A DNA stretch of 64,000 bases from Raillietiella orientalis. Its lineage: Eukaryota. This document shows positions 59,210 to 64,000 of this stretch, in pieces; the stretch's first letter is position 1; each line of letters starts with the position of its first letter. Position numbers and translations under genes: made by a program. The notes under the pieces were generated by a model, which saw only the letters and a program-made list of their open reading frames with translations, had not been told where the DNA came from and did no database searches. The stretch spans positions 62,001-126,000 of the forward strand of contig JAYWIR010000040.1 of assembly GCA_036172245.1 (NCBI GenBank), in the 5' to 3' direction.

Positions 59210-62200
59210 TCACCGGGTTGGCCGCTGATGAGGGTGTGTAAACCGGCGGTGTATTGCGGCGAGATTCCTCTTTGTCTCCTCTGTCAAATGAGGCCATCTA
59301 GCGGATGCTCCCATGTAGAAGGATGCTTTGCTGATTACCTCTTGGTTCTGTCCGTTGATTACCAACGCCTGGCGGACGGAAACTATCGCGCGTATGCAAC
59401 CGATGGTTGCAATCCTTGCGCTTAGTAAAAGCCCGCTCGGCGTGAAGAATCGTCGCAGCAAGTCTCTTGCGGTGTCCACGGGATGCAATAGTGCTGTTGC
59501 CAGCCTACGCCACAGTCCTTGTAGGACACCGCAGTCCAATAGTAGGTGCGGAATCGACTCCGTCCATCCGCACCGAACGCAGATCGCAGACGCAAATCCC
59601 CCGGAGTCACGATGCCAACGCTCGTTGCACTGAAAACCCCAGTGAACGAAGAGCAGCACGGCTTGTTTCCAAGCAAGGGGGAGCAGCGAACTGTCCATAC
59701 ACTGTGGAGGGACTACAAGTTCTTCGGGGGTGACAGCAAGTTCTTCTGCCCACCGGAGGAGTCCCTTTGCAGTAACACGAGGAGTGGCGGCGTCCGCCAA
59801 CTCACTTGTCTTCCAGGTGCCAATGAGTTTGGTTCTTCCCTCTATCGTGCAGGAAACCTCCCACCTCGCCGGTTGGTAACTGTCGTTTCTTGCCCTGAGG
59901 GCAGACAGCGCTGCGGCAAGAGGCGTGGCAGCCAGGGTAGAAAACTTCACCTCGTCCTGCAGTACTTCTTGAGAGGATCGTAAAAAAAATTGGCGCAGGG
60001 GGCGAAGATCTTCAGGGCGTATTCCTTGGAACGCCGCCCAGGATTCAACAGACTCCTGCCGCCAAGCTTCAAAGTTCATTAGGCGGCAGGAGATCCAAGA
60101 GTGTGCTTCCAGAAGTGCGGTCAACTGCCGCAATGGAAAACCGAAACCCCGCTTCCTGTATTGAGTGCCCGGCAAAAGCGAGAGAAATCCTCCGCTGCCG
60201 GCGCATCTCCGCAGGAGAATGCGAGCTGGCACACACAGAGGGGATGTCCATAGCTGGGCACACAGTGCCAGCAGTCGGAACTGCACCTGCAGTCCGATTC
60301 GCTCCATTGTCAGGATACCCAAACCAGCATCCCGACGCGGAGCTGACAAATCTTTAAGGCGGATCCTGGATCTCGCCGGACCCCAGAGAGCGTTCCTAAG
60401 CAGGCGCTTAGCCCGCTGTTTTGCCGCATAGGGGGGGTCCAAAACAAAAAACAGGGGACGGAGGAGGGGGGCCACAAAGGTGTTCCAAATAGTCGCCCGT
60501 TCCTGCAAGGTAAACTTGCCGTTAAAGAACGGGCTGATGGCCAACTCTGCTTTCTGAAGACAGTCCGCCCACGCTTCGGTTGCGCCGAAAGCGCCCAACG
60601 GAACGCCAAGGTACTTAAAGTACCCGCCCGTGGGGATCCCCAGGCGGATCCAGTCGGACTGCCCCTCCCACGACGTACCCACAGGAACGACCACGCTCTT
60701 CTCTCTGTTCACGCTGACGCCCGCTCCCCGACGAATCAGGTCGAAGAAATCCTCGACACTTGACGCCGGGGTGGACACGGGGATCACAAGAAGCAGGTCT
60801 TCAGCGTAGGCGGCCACGGCAGGCGTTCCCGGGCAGGAGCTTGGCAAGTGAGACAGCGTCAGCCTGTATGCTCTTAGCACCAACTCAAAGAAGATGCTGA
60901 AGAGCAACGGGCTTAAGCTGTCGCCCTGTCGGATGCCCCTACGAACGGGAATACTATACACGCGGCAGCCGCTAAAAGTGATGCAGGTTAGCGCGTGGCG
61001 CCAGCACGCGCGCAAATACAGCAGGAGTTGCGCCGCGAACCGAAGGCGTTCCATAAGCTCCAAAAGCAGCTTCTGGTTTACGCAGTCGAACGCCTTGTGG
61101 AGATCGACCGCGACCGCCAAGGCACCTGGCGTTCCCTCCTGCCGTCGGCGCCTGTTCTTTTTGCCTGCGACAGTGACTTTCGCAGCAGCCTGGCTTTGCT
61201 GCGCCACAACTTCCTGCAGCTGCATCCATGTACGCGCGAAAAGGATGTTCGCCTCCATGGATCGTCCCGGAACCGCGTAGGTTTGTTCCGGGCTCACCAC
61301 AGATTCCGCGTTTCTTCCTAACCGCGCGACCCACAGCTTGGAAAACAACTTGACGTCCGAGTTCACCAAGGTGATCGGACGCCAGTTGTTAAGTTGGCGC
61401 AAGTCTCCGCCTTTCGGCAGGAGACGCACCTTCGCTGAGCGGAAGGAATCTGGGACATTCCCGGATTCACTCATCAGCGTCGCGAGTTTAAGCATCAAGG
61501 GAATGAGCTCCACTGCAAAGCACTGATAAAACTCTGCAGGGAGCCCATCCTCGCCTGGCGCCTTTCGTCTCTTCAGCCCAGCGATGGCGGACGAAAATTC
61601 ATCCGCCGTGAAGGGCTCGTCGAGACGTTCGCTTTCCTCCTCGCCGACAACACGAGCATCCTGAGACAGGAGTATCTCAGAAAGAATATCCTCCGTCGGG
61701 GATTCCGCGTAGAGCGAGGAGTAGTAGCGTCTCACAATGCGGCGTACTTCGGCTGGGGCCGAACATTCCTGGCCCTTGTCGTTTAACAGGCATGCTGCTC
61801 CGGACTGCCAGACCTGGCGCTCGGCCCTCGCCTTGTACTCTGCGAGACGCCCGACATCCGCGCGTCTCGTAAACGTGCGAGCCTGCAGAAAGTCTCTACT
61901 GTTGGCCACGCCCTCTCCGAAACCGCGTGGAAGCCGGTGCAAGGGGAATTGGCAACAGAACTCGCGGACAGATCTTTTGAGATCGTCCCAGTCCGCAAGT
62001 TCTTGAATGGCAAAGCCCCGGAGGAATCCACGTAGATGCTCCGCAGCCTCCGGTTGGCTAAGCCAATCCGCCTGCATCCTCCAGCTTTGCAACGGAGGCA
62101 CCCTGCCTGGCGGAAGAATCTCAAACTCCAACCTGTGGTGGTCAGAAAGCTCAGTCAACAATCTTCCTCTCCTACCCACACGCGAATGCAGGTTTTCATC

Positions 62201-62803
62201 GAGGAAAACGTGATCGAGCGATCTTTCCATTCCAGGATCGCTGACCATCAAGTTGGCGGCGTGCACGGACGCGCACATCTCGATGGGCAGCGCGCGCTCC
62301 CTCGGGCGGCTCCAATCGTCGGAGAGCAGGCGGACGTTGAAGTTTTTAGCGACGAGGTGCGCCACTTGGAAGCCGGAGTTGTTGAGCCACTGGCTCTGCA
62401 CCTCACCAAAGAAAGCTACTCTTTCTTCGAGGTAGCGAGAGCCACTCGGCGCGTAGACGTTTGTAACGACGAGATCGATGGACTCGGACCACTTGATGAC
62501 AAGCTGGCCTATCCGTCCGTTGTCATCGAAACGAACACTACGCACCGCTTTCGCCATTTTTCCTCTTACGAGGAACGCGACGCCGCACGTGTGTGCGCCG
62601 CCGCACCGCCAATGTAGCGTTCCGCCTGCGCGCTCCTCGATTTCGGCTGCCTGGTCGTCGGAGATTACGTGAATCTCCTGCAGCAGCGCGAGGTCGAAGG
62701 GGCGCAGGGCGTTGGCTACTAATCGCCTCTTCTCGTCGTTCTGCAGTCCGTTCACGTTCCAACACGTTACGGACAGACGACGAGAAGACGCGATTCCCCG
62801 CAT
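59210..62803 (-). CDS. Non-LTR retrotransposon ORF2, 1197 aa (APE + RT + CCHC); open but with catalytic substitutions
   Basis: CWNVNGL, LLQEIH, NVYAP, SLDH, LSDH, KAPGEDG, WRPITL, KAFD, RQGDSLSP, YLG and CVRCGWTESIPHLLLDC present. GDFN is KNFN and YADD is YAED. Confidence 0.93.
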   Translation of the reverse strand: MRGIASSRRLSVTCWNVNGLQNDEKRRLVANALRPFDLALLQEIHVISDDQAAEIEERAGGTLHWRCGGAHTCGVAFLVRGKMAKAVRSVRFDDNGRIGQLVIKWSESIDLVVTNVYAPSGSRYLEERVAFFGEVQSQWLNNSGFQVAHLVAKNFNVRLLSDDWSRPRERALPIEMCASVHAANLMVSDPGMERSLDHVFLDENLHSRVGRRGRLLTELSDHHRLEFEILPPGRVPPLQSWRMQADWLSQPEAAEHLRGFLRGFAIQELADWDDLKRSVREFCCQFPLHRLPRGFGEGVANSRDFLQARTFTRRADVGRLAEYKARAERQVWQSGAACLLNDKGQECSAPAEVRRIVRRYYSSLYAESPTEDILSEILLSQDARVVGEEESERLDEPFTADEFSSAIAGLKRRKAPGEDGLPAEFYQCFAVELIPLMLKLATLMSESGNVPDSFRSAKVRLLPKGGDLRQLNNWRPITLVNSDVKLFSKLWVARLGRNAESVVSPEQTYAVPGRSMEANILFARTWMQLQEVVAQQSQAAAKVTVAGKKNRRRRQEGTPGALAVAVDLHKAFDCVNQKLLLELMERLRFAAQLLLYLRACWRHALTCITFSGCRVYSIPVRRGIRQGDSLSPLLFSIFFELVLRAYRLTLSHLPSSCPGTPAVAAYAEDLLLVIPVSTPASSVEDFFDLIRRGAGVSVNREKSVVVPVGTSWEGQSDWIRLGIPTGGYFKYLGVPLGAFGATEAWADCLQKAELAISPFFNGKFTLQERATIWNTFVAPLLRPLFFVLDPPYAAKQRAKRLLRNALWGPARSRIRLKDLSAPRRDAGLGILTMERIGLQVQFRLLALCAQLWTSPLCVPARILLRRCAGSGGFLSLLPGTQYRKRGFGFPLRQLTALLEAHSWISCRLMNFEAWRQESVESWAAFQGIRPEDLRPLRQFFLRSSQEVLQDEVKFSTLAATPLAAALSALRARNDSYQPARWEVSCTIEGRTKLIGTWKTSELADAATPRVTAKGLLRWAEELAVTPEELVVPPQCMDSSLLPLAWKQAVLLFVHWGFQCNERWHRDSGGFASAICVRCGWTESIPHLLLDCGVLQGLWRRLATALLHPVDTARDLLRRFFTPSGLLLSARIATIGCIRAIVSVRQALVINGQNQEVISKASFYMGASARWPHLTEETKRNLAAIHRRFTHPHQRPTR

Positions 62804-64000
62804 TACTGCTGGGAAGGTGGCGGCTTTTTGCTCGCTTTATCCGGCGAGCAGACGGCGAGCAGCACGACTGGCTGGAGGGGACGGTCGCCACCGTCCTCTG
62901 TCGTGCTGCATGCATGTAATGCCTCCACGCCAGGCTTAACCCCGTTGGGTTTCGTGGAGACTTCGCGTTGCTTCGCGGCGAGCGTTACCTGGCTGCCTAC
63001 TTTTGATCGGCGCGCACACGCTTTCGAACGAGTTGTCCTCGTCTCGGTGATCGGAACGGCATCCATTTCGGAGTCCGACCGGCGCATGTTCGATCGGGTT
63101 TCGGCCTTCCGCGAAGCAGTGACAGGTTCTGCGGGATTGACAGCTGTCCTGTTTTCGTTTTCCGTCACCAGAGCATCGCTTTTGGTGACGGCTGCTTTCC
63201 CGGCGCGCGCGTTTTCAGCGTGCTCACGCGCACTTGCACGAGGGACCTTTCCTGAAGTCTTCTTTAGTTCATTACGGTTCCTCACTTCGCGTGGCGCCGT
63301 AAATGGAGATTGTGCTCCATGGCCATCTTTGAAGCCATCCGCGTCTTTGGACGGGAGCACTTTCGATGGCTCCGACACGCTCGTCATGGACGCTGCTTTC
63401 GGAAGGGCTTTTAATCCCTTCGTTGGCATGGCATCCGCGCCAGTCGAGAGCTTGCTCTCCGACTGCGACGGCGTGAGATTTTTCTCCGCTTTCGCGGTGT
63501 TGGATCGCGACGCGGATTTTTTTTTGCCGACTTTCGGAGTCGACACGGCACAACCCTTCTTACCCGATTTGGGCTTCTCAGCCACTGCAGGAGGTGAGGG
63601 AATGGATCTGACGTTACTGGAACTGTCCTTACCGCCGTTGTCCATTGGCGTCCCCGCCGGTTGCTCGAACTCCGAGTGAGCCGGGCGTGCTTGGGAAGGA
63701 CATCGATTGCGCCTAGGGGGACTCACCATTGCCCCGGATTCCCCGCACCCTTTCTTTTGCGGCTTCCCTGCCGCGAGAGGGGGCGCGCAGGCCTTCGCAT
63801 GCGAGGTTTCCTGCTGCTTTGGGGCGACATTCCGCTTCGCGTTTTTACGGAATTTCTGCCGTGGGGTCTCCAGGTTTTTCGCAGAGTTTTTCTTTATATC
63901 CGCGCTTTGTTTCTTAAGATGGAGCTCCGCGGCTGCCTTTTTTCGCAAAAGATCCGGGCAATTTTTCAAGTGGTGCCCGGATAGTTTGCAATAACGGCAT
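62803..64000 (-). CDS. ORF1 C-terminal part (family B), partial
   Basis: Open from the second knuckle (CRYCKLSGHHLKNC) to PSQQ-TAA, which overlaps the ORF2 ATG. Confidence 0.85.
   Translation of the reverse strand, partial: CRYCKLSGHHLKNCPDLLRKKAAAELHLKKQSADIKKNSAKNLETPRQKFRKNAKRNVAPKQQETSHAKACAPPLAAGKPQKKGCGESGAMVSPPRRNRCPSQARPAHSEFEQPAGTPMDNGGKDSSSNVRSIPSPPAVAEKPKSGKKGCAVSTPKVGKKKSASRSNTAKAEKNLTPSQSESKLSTGADAMPTKGLKALPKAASMTSVSEPSKVLPSKDADGFKDGHGAQSPFTAPREVRNRNELKKTSGKVPRASAREHAENARAGKAAVTKSDALVTENENRTAVNPAEPVTASRKAETRSNMRRSDSEMDAVPITETRTTRSKACARRSKVGSQVTLAAKQREVSTKPNGVKPGVEALHACSTTEDGGDRPLQPVVLLAVCSPDKASKKPPPSQQ

Larger units (their letters stand above)
58897..64000 (-). mobile_element. 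Family B copy 3, running off the right edge
   Basis: Inverted paralog of B2 with the same junction to C (GATTGAAAT at 58888-58896); TAATG at 62805-62801. Confidence 0.94.

Noticed and set aside
4590..64000. Prokaryotic RT systems (group II intron, retron, DGR, CRISPR-RT) or LTR elements
   Set aside because: The APE-RT-CCHC architecture, gag-like ORF1, AATAAA ends and variable TSDs are diagnostic of eukaryotic non-LTR elements. No integrase, LTR, PBS or repeat-spacer array was seen.
4590..64000. snRNA, tRNA, rRNA or telomeric target repeats typical of site-specific Tx1, R1 or Utopia elements
   Set aside because: None is recognisable at any junction, and the 3' flanks share no consensus across families.

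Overview
Eukaryotic DNA; the host cannot be identified from this window. Bases 1-4250 are AT-rich flank. They carry a decayed, apparently intronless ORF of unknown origin (possibly viral) and one 5'-truncated LINE copy with a 12-bp TSD. From about 4590 to 64000 the sequence is almost entirely one lineage of GC-rich, two-ORF, L1/Tx1-clade non-LTR retrotransposons. ORF1 has two CCHC knuckles; ORF2 has APE endonuclease, RT and a C-terminal CCHC. About 30 segments from roughly 8-10 diverged families (my labels A-N) are nested into each other in both orientations, up to four levels deep, with readable TSDs. The only foreign piece is one NeSL/Utopia-like RLE fragment. No copy is clearly functional: the single open ORF2 (59210-62803) has catalytic substitutions. 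Notable patterns: (1) all families end in AATAAA plus a conserved CCCGG-loop-CCGGG hairpin with no poly(A) tail; (2) they share a 5' CGAG..RGACGTG motif and many 5' ends are intact; (3) three head-to-tail junctions have a 15-17 bp spacer; (4) insertions recur at homologous sites within other elements; (5) ORF1/ORF2 are coupled by TAATG, replaced by AUG-less TAACA in one lineage; (6) ORF1 has a CxVxLER motif resembling an HP1 box; (7) a nested composite has been amplified as a mosaic higher-order unit. Together these suggest a self-targeting LINE cluster, a candidate centromeric or heterochromatic (Zepp-like) locus or small-RNA locus; this is inference. All alignments were done by eye, so junction coordinates may be off by a few bases.
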